64,000 bases of DNA, from positions 135,251 to 199,250 of the forward strand of contig NMRA01000253.1 in the NCBI GenBank assembly GCA_002633005.1, in the 5' to 3' direction. The notes beneath the pieces were generated by a model that was not told the origin of the DNA, searched no databases, and was given only the letters and a program-made list of their open reading frames with translations. This document shows positions 38,859 to 50,975 of the stretch, one piece after another (position 1 is the first letter of the stretch; each line of letters begins with the position of its first letter). The translations under genes and the position numbers were made by a program. Source of the stretch: Phoronis australis. Taxonomy: Eukaryota; Animalia; Phoronida.

Positions 38859-40762
38859 GGTTAAATTGGTCTTGTTTTGACTGCCATTTGCAAAAAAAAA
38901 CGTATGACCACGAACAAATATAGATGCTCAAGGTTTCAACTTATCTCAGTTATTCAATATATCTGTAAAGAGTGCTAATAAATGAAAATGACACAAGCAT
39001 GGTAGGGCAAATGTGTTCAAATAGTAGACGACTTGTCGTCTGCGTACCTCCGTGATACGAAACACACAATAATCGATGTTTGCGCTTCAGTACCGAACAA
39101 AATGTACCAAAGAAAAAACTTAATGAGAAGATTGCTCGATATCATAAATTATGCAGCGCGATAACAGCAGTACCTTTGAACAGTCATTAAACTCGTAAAT
39201 TCAAACGTACTGAACTGATAGCGGCTTGCAATAGATGTATCGACATTTCTTCCGATCATTTCCACCTAAGTTTCAAAGGTGGGAGTTTTCGCACTGATCG
39301 TTTTTATAAGATCGTTAGGCATACACATTTCTAGCCCCTTCCTCAAGTCACGTGGTCTGGGAAGTGAGGGAAGCAAGCTCAAAGATTTGTACGTTTACAA
39401 AATGAGTACAGTTTGTTTGTCACACAGCAACTCTCTTGTCTGGTCAAATAATCTTGTCTAATATATTCAATTTCGGAAAAAGATCTCAATTCCCAATCAT
39501 TCCGGCTTTTTATTTATTTATTTCCGATGATCGATGGCGTTGTGTCGTCAGGAGTTTTACACCCCCTTCGAAATCATTAGAAGATAACACGTATTGACTT
39601 TGCCTTCGGTCGTTATACTTCACCAAAGTCAAACGCATCCCGTTTCTCCGTTAGATGTTGCATATTGACAATGTCAACACTAGCGAATCCTTTCTGGATT
39701 ATCTTATTTGTACTCGACCGCCAATCGTTGATTAAGTTGATTAATGTTCCCACACTAGATGAATAATTGAGACATTATTGGAATAGCCATAGAATGAAGT
39801 AATCCTTCTTATTTGTGAACATTAGGCATTCTTGAAAAGGCAGAATGTTCGCTGAGAAAGACATGCTCGGGTAACTCTGTCATTTATTAAAATCGCTGAA
39901 TCCCAATTTATTACGTTTTTTTATTGCTTTTTACTTTTTGGGATTGAAACTAGACAGGGTTTAACGAGTTTCTATAAAGTTTTTATTTTTCCTCTTACAC
40001 GTTGAGACAAATCCGCCTTCATTGCAAATGTTATACCACCGCGTTTTTTTGAGAGTTCACGGGAGCACGATTTGAAGAATTTTGTATTTAGATCACAGGT
40101 CATGGCATTGTAATGCATCATGTACACAAAAATCTGTTTAATCTGAGAATCAATCGTCTTAATCTCCATGGTATGATTCTGTAGGTTGTATAAGTCACCT
40201 CTAACTAGCGTTAGAATCTTAACTACATGTAGGGTTAGTGACCACCACCAAACTTCATAAATATGCTCACTTTAAAAGGGTTGACTCCACGATTGTACAA
40301 ACGCATTTAGTGAGCATGCTATAACACGCTAGTGGAATACAGAATGCAAGATTTTTTTCTTAGGCAACGGGGGTAATTTAATTAAGGAATTACTGATCGT
40401 TAGGCGGGATCATAACGCAATTATTGGGCACGGCAATAACGAGATCGAGACAGTAGTTTTCTGTGATTGATCGTCTGCTCAATTGTGCCCGTCACCGGCG
40501 CACGCAAGCGCGAACCGATATTGCGTATTATCTCGATTATAGTTTCGTGCGAAATGTGGAGATAGCGACTTCATGATGACTGGTGCGTGTACGTTTTTTA
40601 TCCAGTTTCGTTTCATGTTTTCTAGGTTGTTCAAATATTTATTTTTCAGTGACTGACACACGAGAGTAGTACTGTCAATATTTACCAATGTTTCACATAT
40701 CGTAGTCACTGCATCGATCTGTGTATTTTGTGATGTAACTAAAACGTATTTCTATTCCACAG

Positions 40763-42076
40763 CCCTAGCACAGAGACCCGGCCATTTCAGACGTTTTGCA
40801 AGTGGAGGAACGCTCTCCTCGAACAGAAACCCGGAGTGGTTCGCAGCGACACTTGGCGACCTTGGACATCTGACCAGAAGACCGTATCATTCGGTGTTGC
40901 TAGGGAGACACAGCGACAGTCAACGCCTCAGCCGACAAACGCGGTCTGTCGAGTTTGAGCCCAATCGGTCGTTCAGAGACGACAGAAACTGGCAAAAGCG
41001 AAACACTTTTCTGTTACCACAACTCTCGAAAAATTCCAAGTCTCTCGTAGAGTTGCTGGAGGAGAAGGAACAACTTTTCCGGTCCCGTACATTTAAGTCG
41101 CCGTTGCGAGGCAGTTATCGGCTGGGATTTCCCGCCTCCTGGCTAAAAAGTACAGAAGAGATATTGAGGAGAGAGAGCAGTCCTAAAAGAAAACCTTTGA
41201 CCAAGTTGCCAATCTATTCTGCACGGCCTAAAGTACCCGAAGCACGAGAATTTTCCTTTACACCTCACGAAACAAAGGCAGACGACAACCCCACAAGAGC
41301 GTGGACTGGTTCTTTTCGCTCAGTCGTAGTAACCGATGTAGACTCTGGCGAAGAAACCAGATTAATCATTCGCGAAACTGACGTTGACACTCTCCGAGAA
41401 GAATCAGTCCACCCAAACTATGGCAACATTTCCGAGGGCCTGCCGGTACGTGCCCATAGTATGTTAGAGCTGGAATGCCAAGAGGGGGAAAGTCACTCGC
41501 CAGCTATTGCGGACGTCAGCAACAAAAACCGTGGCACCACATTGCCAACTAATTCATCAAGCAAATGTGGATACGCGACCGTCCGCACTTACTCTGATAA
41601 GAAAGTTAATCGAATCGACAACCACGTGGCAAGCCGTGATGACACTGGTGTTGATAAGAAAGGAATTTTAAGTGGTCGAAATTACAGTGATATAAAATCA
41701 AAGGACTGTAACGTCAATAAAAACAACAATTCATCGCCCCATTCGTGGTTCTTCGGCCGATTGCGGAAGTCCAACAGTGGCGACAAAACGAATAACGTAG
41801 GAAGTTCGGAAAACAGGCGCAACAGCTCTAGAGGTTCGAACGCAAAAGACAAGCCGAACAAGAAAGACACGAAGAAGCAAAAGAAAGATAAACCAAAGGC
41901 GAATAAAAGAGCTAACATCGGCGATCGTGTAGCCGGTCTCGGACGTCGTAGACAGAACACGGAAGATAGTCGTAGCTCTGCGTCTTCAACGACCAGCGAA
42001 ACCTCCCCGTCCAGTGCCGATTCATTGGCCAATCAGCAGCGACTCCGTGAACAAAGAAACAAATATAGATGCCCTG
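40763..42076 (+). CDS. AJM1: AJM1-like gene, coding exon 2 (basic/Ser-rich, disordered)
   Basis: Acceptor TTTCTATTCCACAG|40763 (phase 1) opens the frame of ORF 40894-42090. Donor CCTG|GTAAGT at 42076/42077 (phase 1). Length 1314 nt, divisible by 3. Confidence 0.75.
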
Positions 42077-42921
42077 GTAAGTTCACTTAACGCTGAGATT
42101 TTCTTTTAGCCAGAAGATGTAAGAATGTGCGTGAAACGCTCCTGCGGGATCGTTATTGCATCCGGGCATACTCTATTTTTTACATACATGTATAATGCGT
42201 GACTTCATGTGGTCCAAATTTGCTCTCCATATATGCCATCCAAATGCTATATTATTACAGTTTCTCATGGAGGTCTTTCTGACAGTTAACTTTAAATAGG
42301 ATACTAAATCCGATTTTGACCTATTACACTAACAACGACTTTCCGAACCATCTCTCTAAAACAAAATGATGCGCTGTAACTCACGTCAACCTTAAAAATT
42401 TAAGTGCGCAGCGCAGCACTCAACTCACGGAATGTATTTTGACTCAGGATAGATATGTGCTTTGGTTTTCACTTCGGAACGTAATGCTAAATATGACGTA
42501 CTGATTTTCATCCAGTGTGGGTTTTCATACTTTCTCATTAGGTGGTGTTGATCCGGTCTTGTAGCAGTCACTCTAGGATGAATATTTAGAGTGTTCTAAA
42601 TTGTTCACTGAGGTAACTGTTTTTGCTGAAATCCTCCACTGCTGCACCCGCCATAAACGAGTGACGTCATTTCCATTCTCCGCGCACCTTGTTTTATGCA
42701 CTCTGCGTCACCACTTGTGACATTATTGTCTCGTGGTTTCCTCCAAACCTTGTCGTCTTTCACCTCCCCCGTTTAGCCTGCTTTTTCTGTTGGTACCCAA
42801 AACTAGGAAACCCCGCGCCACGTGACCTGTACATGCACGCCAATGTAGGTTTAGGCCTTTTCTCCATGTTCATGTTCCACGAATTTTGTGCCTGTTGTGT
42901 TCTGGAATGACTTCCGTACTG

Positions 42922-43032
42922 AGACACAATGATCTCGCGAAAGAAGCTACGTGTAGTGTTATCACGTGCTTCGCTTGTAGTGCATGGTGACTATGTCGCT
43001 AGGGCTTGCATTTTTCGCAAGATAATGTGTCT
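42922..43032 (+). repeat. Short dispersed palindromic repeat, copy B (mini-MITE)
   Basis: Core TAGTGTTATCACGTGCTTCGCTTGTAGTGCATGG. Imperfect inverted ends AGACACAATGATCTCGCGAAA / TTTCGCAAGATAATGTGTCT. Confidence 0.65.
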
Positions 43033-44532
43033 ATAGAACGCTCTCTTGCTCTCCCGATTGGTGTACGCCTGGCAATGGTCACCGGAAAAGAGCATTATTT
43101 ACATTTCTATTGATTCTTGATGAGCTTAAATAGTTGCCTCAAGGTATTTCTCAAATTCAATAACATGGGATCTTTCTACTAAACTTACGAGTTGGTACTA
43201 CTATTATATGGCTGCGGGTGAAAGAGTTGCACGTTATCACGTTCATCAACCTTACTGAGCCCCACCGCGGCCCATCTTAACTTTTTTAAAGTTATTGATA
43301 TTATACTCAGCCAGCGGATGCAGAATTTATGGATTAATGCAAAGACACCAATTATCATAATTGATTCCCATGAACGTATTCATTTACTAACAAACGACCA
43401 CCTTTACCCGATGCTTTCTCAAGTCAATTGACAAAGATAAATAATTTTCTCTCCCTCAGTCTATGTACATATTGTTGTCGTAGTAATTTGTAATTTGGGC
43501 TTTACGGCTCATGAGCTCTCGATGCATTTTATGGAAATCATCGTTTTATGTTTCAACATTGTGTAACCACGTTTCGCTATCTCTTGTCTTTTCTTCCCAA
43601 ATTCACTTACATGCACCCTTACCCCCTCTAGCCTCGCACTGTGTTAACTAGTTCACTAAAGCCGGTGTGATTTTCTCTTGAAAAGAATGCTACGGACCTG
43701 GGTTGGTAAGTGACGAGTGATCCTGTTGTGAACTTTTCATTTCTACCCATGTTGTTTGTGAACGTGTTCGATTCTTTTCATTGGTAAGAAAACACCAATC
43801 GTAGCTTACAGCATGTACAGTGTAGCTATGCAATTCCCCTTTGTTGTAAGAATATTTATTTTCATTTTCAAGGTTTTTGTTACAATTTTCACAAAATGCA
43901 AACTACACGGGTGTGTTAATTGGCAAAGCATATTTAAAAAAGCAAATCTATTACTGGTGGAATAAAGGAAAAGTCTCACATTTAAGCGTATTTAAAAGTA
44001 CAATCGAACCCACGCACATTACACGGTTCAATCATGTCTGTGTTGCCGTTCTTCAGCAGGGGATATTTTCAACGTAAAATTTCTTTTTTTCAGCATTTTA
44101 AAATGTTGCAGTGAAATTGAGCGGAATTATTTTTATTTTTGACAGTTTCATAAAGTGCTTAACATGCAACAGAATGTATTTTAAAATATTGATAACATAT
44201 GTGGCAGGTGTACAAGTAATTTCATTTAATTTTTATATTTGAACGAGTCGATCAATCATTTGACATTGACCAACTTGAAATTACGGTATGAAATAACGAC
44301 ATTAGTCTAAGTTGTTACATGTATGTGCCCGATTATGTGACAAATCACAGTGATGACTGCCATATACATTTTTACAAATCCACGTTTGACCAAATCTCCC
44401 GTTGGTTATGTAAAAATAGCAGAGTCAGCCGTCTGCTACAATGTGCAGTAATCTAAATGCATGAACCAATAACTGAAGATCTGCAAGTGAAATTGTTGAC
44501 AAGCCAAGCCACCGGGGTAGCGCTCCTCAGTC

Positions 44533-44615
44533 GCAAGAATTTCGCGAGTAAATCTAATGTGATCACGTGCTTCGCTTGTAATGCATGGCAATAACTCTTG
44601 CTTGCGTGATCTTGC
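44533..44615 (+). repeat. Short dispersed palindromic repeat, copy C
   Basis: Core TAATGTGATCACGTGCTTCGCTTGTAATGCATGG. Imperfect inverted ends GCAAGAATTTCGCGAGTAA / TTGCTTGCGTGATCTTGC. Confidence 0.65.
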
Positions 44616-47600
44616 TTTATGAAGGTATGCGGAACGGCAGGCCAGCCAGGCAGCTACATTCACATGCAACACTCGTTGCATATTGTACTTGTGTGTTTTG
44701 AAAACCTGTTGCTTCGGTTTCATGTCGTCACAACCTTGTTCACGTTATCAACTGAAAACACCTTCGGGCATAAATTGACTATGCAACGAAATCAAGGCGT
44801 GAAATAGAAAAGAAACTTGAAAACATCCCCCAAGCAGCGTACTTTGTGGTCTATATATCACGTGTTTGTTGTAATCCAATGAAAAACTTATCGTCCAATT
44901 GTTCCCAATTGGCAAACTCGGGTATTCTTAACACTCTCCGATGCGTAAGTATCGTCCCAACGATGTGACTATTATTTGGTGACACATTGAAATATCACCA
45001 AATGTTGGATAAGAAATTTCAGTGTTGGGACTGATTCTACTGCGGAAATGAACATTCTGAATGTTGTTAGTCTAGACATTTCATTTCATGTGTAGTAATT
45101 ACTCGTCTGTACTACGCGAAATTGCTTCCGTACTTGACAGTCTGTCGTCAAGATAGGCTATGCTAGGATTCTGGACGAGATATTAAATCAAAATTGGATT
45201 CTATACTCATGAGGGTATGGAGGACTATTTTGCATTGGCAACAGGTTTGTATTTAATTAGTGTCCGGGGTAAATCATTATGAACATTGTCAAGATCATGA
45301 GATTCAAACGTTAGGTTGCGTGTCAATCAACGGTTAAGTGTACGCATATGTTTTATTACATACGATGTATGGGTATAATTTGTGTTATCGTTGTAGGAAA
45401 GTTTGTTGTACAACTAATTATAAGGTGTTTTACGTCCAACCTGCGAGCCACAAAAACAGAATATAGACCTAATCAACAGAATTAGGATACTTTTACCGCA
45501 TCAACCTTTGGATTATTCCGCTGTTTGGCACCGCCATATAATTACAACAGTGGGGTCTAGTTCGACGTAAAACATGGACATTGTTGAATTGCAAGTGACA
45601 ATTTTATGACAGCCTTGAAGAATTTTAATACCCCCGCGTTGTTACTCTAAAGTGACGTGACCTCTGTATAACACCACTCATTGTCAGCGACTGATAGAAA
45701 TTTACCTCTCGCAGGTATTCGGTAATTTGTAAAGGCTTGTATGTCCATCGTTATTGCAAATTATGGCCATTTGAATCCGACGCACTAACAAGAACAACAA
45801 ATGCAGGGTTCATCTTCACAATGCGTGCACAGAAGTATTCGTTCAACGCGGATACATGTAAAAGCATAATTTCTTGGTATCAAAACTGTGCAAGCGTTGT
45901 TGTTGAGCCGTGTTGGTGAGCGTACGCTTAGAGGCGAATGGAAAAAAGCCGGGATATTTGGTGTGCCTGTATGAAGTAAGAGAGAGTCACGAAGACGTCG
46001 AAATTTTATAAGGCCAATTGTAAAGGCTTTTTTGATTATTTCTAAATTAACTTTTATCAGTTCTTACGAGAACCGTCGCCAGATAAATTGACAGGACGAC
46101 GTTGGCGTGCACGACACGAATGACGAGGCTTCGCAATCTATCCACATAATTGTGGTGAGGAGGCTGGTTTATTTTGGTCATTTATGGTTCGAGGTTTGGG
46201 ACAGAAAGCTGGAGTTGGTTGCGTACGTGTTTTACCATTGTACATGTTCCAGCATAGAGCATTTCCTTTGAGCAACTATTAACCTGCGGCGTTTAATCAC
46301 AAAAAACAGCTCTTGATTTACGTAGACCATTTGTCGTCATGAAATCGATCTAAATTTGTTCCTTAGTCGAATTGCGGATGAGTTTTGATATTATCTCAGA
46401 GACCAGGCTTTATATTGGCTTCTCATGTCATTTTATGCAACACCGCAGTATGGTCTGAACGAATAAAAAACAGAACTGTCAGGTTTTTGCAAACATATAC
46501 ATTGTACACTCGGCCGTAAATCATTTCTCCTCTAAGTAAGCTGAGACCAATTTTATACACGTAGGAGTAAGTGGTCTGATTTGCGAATATTCGCTTCTTC
46601 GGTACGGAACGCGGGAGTGCGGGACCATATCCGAATGTTTGTATTTATCGAAATGTCTACAAATTTGTGGGTTAAAACTGTTTATTTTATGAAAGCAGAA
46701 AGCCAGTAGATTTTTAAATTTTATATAGTACAATAATAGTGAAACAACACCATTTGGTATAACCTCCCGTAAAATTGGTTTGAAGTAAATGTTCAAAATG
46801 AAATCTTAGAAACAGAGTTACATTTTTCTAAATTGTGATTTGATTTTTCTAAATATTACTTTTGATTTTTTTCACAAAAACCATGAAAGTCCTATTTTGA
46901 TAGCCCTTCGTGTAAAATTGGAACATTTTAAATCAGTTCCTAACAGCGTAGTCGAGAAATGTAAAAATCAAAAAAGTTCATTTGAATCCGATTAGCCATT
47001 TCTGAGATATGATTTTCCGAAGCCTTAGAGATAACGCTAACGTGGTATCTAATGTGTAGTATTGAAGCAGTCTGTTTCACTCAGGTCTTTTTTCTTATTT
47101 GAAGTATTTAATTTTTTTACAATATTTATATTACCTACCACAATCGATCAAACTTGAGACATTGGCGAAAAGATGAATCGTGTGTGCAACCACACCTATT
47201 GAAATTCTTCTATGCATACCTTCAAAATTACCATACTTATCCGGTGCGATCGATTGTATACTCACAGCTGCAGACTTGACTAGGAGAAACGATAGACACA
47301 ATTCGTGGACAGTTGTCTCCTAACACAGACGAATCGTGTCGAAACGACTTTTTGTAATTTCATTTAAAATAATCGTACCAGGCTTTTGGAAATTTAAAAG
47401 TTTCACTGAAGATTTTAACAAAGTCAATCTAGTGCTTCTTTCGTTATTTATGTACGTTTCAGTACCAATAGAATGGAATCTAAAAGGCGATGGTCACTTA
47501 TATAGGTAGCTAGTTAAAACATTTTTTATAATTCTTGGTTCCTGCTTTTTTGGGGGAAATGATTACTATCGGACACTAGTTAGTATTTTTGATAGATGAC

Positions 47601-47875
47601 TTAGAGTTGAGCTATTTATGAACGATTCTCCTCATAGCCCGCTAAATAACGTCCATCGTTTGCTTTACCGATTAGTTGTTTTTCTAACAAGAGATTACTC
47701 ACGCAAACATCGCTTGGGTATTTTCGACTTTTTGTTTTTAAAATCAACAAAAGTGAATCGGGATATAATTGATTCAGATCTATGTTCTTGACACCTGTTC
47801 CAGCTGAATGTTACTGACGTGAGTTAGTTATTCGCAGTCTGTGTTAATCAAACCATTCCCGTTCATTCATTTCAG

Positions 47876-48724
47876 TCAACGATTATAGAATAATGATACC
47901 GAACAACGTAACCATGGCGACAGATCAGCTTAACACTATTGAACGAGACGGCGGCCATGTTGATCTAAGTGACGTAGGTCTTGATACGACGTTAACAAAA
48001 CGGAAACTGGATTTTTTGGATGTTCAACACGCAACTGATGGCAATGGAAGTGCGAGATCATTTCGCTTAGTGAAGCAGCCGTTTCATAATACCACCATTA
48101 ATAACAACATTGTGAAAAGCACATATATTTCCGCTGAAGGCGAGTACGTGCTTGATGGAACTTTTTCGAATCAATCACGTGATCATTTGAAAAATGAACT
48201 GAGAAGTACCAAGGCAAATGTCAATAGTGCCAGCACGCAATATCCTGAAATCAACGTGATGTCAGCCCAAACACAGACGGAAGACAACATCTGTATGCCG
48301 TGTGATTCCAGTTGCACTATCAAGCCGTCAAATCCTGGTAAAATCCGTCAGGTTTTATATCAATCCGATAGTCTTGAAGATTTGTTGAACTTCATAGATT
48401 CACCATCTTCAGGCGCTGTTCCACACGCTCTGGAAAACATCCAACGATTGGACCCGAAATATACAAAACTTGAAAAAAATGTAAATCATCAGAATGAGGG
48501 GTCTCTCAAGACAGTAATCGAATCTCTGAACAATGAGAGATCCACTTGGTACAAATCGCAACCGTCGATGATGTCATCTCCTTACGGAAGCACCCGAAGT
48601 GTAGATTCGGAGAACTTACCGAAAGCGGAGTACGAAGCAGAACCAAAGAATGAAAAAAGCTTTCCAGTGCTGGCGCATTCTGGGTCAGTGAATACTTCTA
48701 GGCATTCGACACCCAAGTTAAAAA
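47876..48724 (+). CDS. AJM1: AJM1-like gene, coding exon 3 (disordered)
   Basis: Acceptor TTCATTCATTTCAG|47876 (phase 1), in frame with ORF 47893. Donor AAAA|GTAAGA at 48724/48725 (phase 1). Length 849 nt, divisible by 3. Confidence 0.75.
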
Positions 48725-49003
48725 GTAAGATTTCAAATAACCTCGGGATCAAAACTGACACTTTTCAATTTAATGGTCTAACTTGTACTCTTTCGTTTCG
48801 CATGGATGCAGTGCTATTCAGCTGTATATCTGAACTGTTTCGCGCGCTTTGCACATACATAAAGGAAAGATAATACACTGGCTTTACTTCCAAAACCGAT
48901 TGCAAAAATGAGTGAATCTTTTTAACTCGCATCGCTGAGCACAAAAAGGCAAAGTTGAAATATGAAACACAATACAAACATATAGGGTTGGTTTTTAATT
49001 TCT

Positions 49004-49162
49004 TGACCTGAGTCCTGTGGCATAAACATTATTGTTTGGATATCATCAATGACGTCCTATTTTCACGCGCCACGTTGCCATTGTTGAGAAACGCATTTGA
49101 CGTCATACAACAATCAAACTTATCCGGCGGATAAGCTTCAAAGTTTTATGCAGCTCAGGTCA
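49004..49162. mobile_element. Possible degraded MITE in the AJM1 intron
   Basis: Inverted ends TGACCTGAG..GCATAAA / TTTATGC..CTCAGGTCA; internal hairpin CTTATCCG-G-CGGATAAG. Confidence 0.35.
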
Positions 49163-49668
49163 TGCAGTCTTACGGCGACTAGATAATTTAAAGAAGCATG
49201 GAACACTAAAGCTCGCCAAAAATATCTTTTAAACAATTCCCGACGAAAGTAACATCTCGCAACATCTAGTACAGATGAATTTACTTGCCCTTGTGAGGAA
49301 ATTTCCAGAAAAAAATCACGAAATTTATGATTTTTGAAATACGCGCGAAGGAAAAACTTGTGGTTACCACAGAGTTTCTAATATCCCTCTCACTTGTGAC
49401 AAATGCGGGCATGCGCTCACATGTGGCAGAGAACCACTTTTAACATTGCAATTTAGTCTATTTACTGCGTTCCAGGCCTCTTTAAAATTTATGCGTGCGC
49501 ATTATATTATTAATGTGAAGTTGTCTGCTTCTGCAAAATCGTTCAACGGGGGAACTACGGTTTATCAAATGGAATACTGTAGAGTGCTAAGTATGTATGT
49601 ATAGTTATTTTTAATTAATACTGATTTGACCATTGATGTTTTTATTTATGTTTATACTGTTTTCGCAG

Positions 49669-50975
49669 GAAAACAAGAGATCAGCTCGGATATCCAGATT
49701 GCATTTACTGACACATCTTTAGAGAGGCCATCAATTGAAGAAAAAACAGAAGAACCACCAGGTGGCGTAACAATTGAAGCAGTGTACGACGCACTACTTG
49801 CTATGCCGGCGGATCTCGAAAAGGACTCGTGTGACGGCCTAACGGGGAGCAAATTGGGCTTGACATACGAGAATTCTGGCACCAGTACTCCTCGCGTGGA
49901 GTACTACGAAACCGATCTTGACGACGACAGCACATGCTCTCCGTGTAGTGACAGGTCGTCGGGTCACGTGACCAGTGACATGAGTTCCCTGAACAGTAGC
50001 ATCGAGATGTCGCCAGATGTCTCTTCGTCTGTTGAATCGTTATCGGATACGTATGTGAGATGCCGTTATCCATTGTGCAAAAAGAGAGAATTGTTGTCTG
50101 ACGCTCGAACACATTTCAAAACTTGCCACAACTGCGTCACATACTACTGCAGCCGCGAATGCCGACAAAATCATTGGGAGAAACACAAGAAGCGCTGTAT
50201 GATCGGTCGCGTCAACAGTGCGTGCAAGCACGTGATCAAGATGGTGTCTGTCGATGACGTTATGCTGTCGGAGTTTTCCAAAACGGCCCGATTGGGCTAT
50301 CTCACCCAGGGACGTGGATATGTACAACTGGAATTCACTACCCCTGAAAATGCTGAATCGTTTCTCCGTTCCCCGGAAGCATCAGCAACCGTCTCGGAAT
50401 GGTGTGACATTGTATACGTGCCAATAAAAGAAATCGATTCACTGGCGTCATCTGATAAACGCCTCGATGAAATCAGCGAATTTGTGAAGTCATACAACCC
50501 AGAATATAAGTTTGTGTTGAGCGTTACCATAGCAACGCCAAACGGTTGGCCGGTGCGACCAGTTCCACTTAAAACGTTACCATTTATTCACAAGTGTGCG
50601 AAAGTCAAACTTAGCGAACCCAAAGTAAATCCTAGATGTGACGGCTCGGAGAAGACGGACACGTTAATTCTAACAGCCGTCCCGGGAACACCCGATGGTA
50701 AAATTTTCGAAGGACCAAAAGCTCGGGAAGTATTTTTCATAAACGTGCAACGGAACTTGCGTGAAAAGGGTGTCAGTTTGCGACATCAATATCCTTCGGA
50801 GTACGCCAAGTTATGCGCGTATGTGGAAAGGGACCAAATGTTCGCGCCAATTTTGTTAACGCCACGCGAAGGTAAAACGGGAAAACGATTCATGTGTTTA
50901 ATTATGCCAAAGTCTGATCCTGAGAATGAATGGCTGAACGATCCGAATTTACTGAAGGAACTCGGCTTATTATGA
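49669..50975 (+). CDS. AJM1: Apical junction component 1 (AJM1/C9orf172)-like, last exon with MYND-type zinc finger and conserved C-terminal domain
   Basis: Acceptor TGTTTTCGCAG|49669 (phase 1). FKTCHNCVTYYCSRECRQNHWEKHKKRCMIGRVNSACKHV, FSKTARLGYLTQGRG, TLILT..PGT, AREVFFINVQRNLREKGVSLRHQYP..Y.KLC.YVE and TGKRFMCLIMPKSDP match the AJM1 family C-terminus motif by motif (recognised from memory). Confidence 0.9.

Noticed and set aside
47893-48873. Stand-alone genes for the ORFs at 40894, 47893 and 49626
   Set aside because: Each has a phase-compatible acceptor near its 5' end, and the first two run past a consensus donor, so they are exons of one gene.
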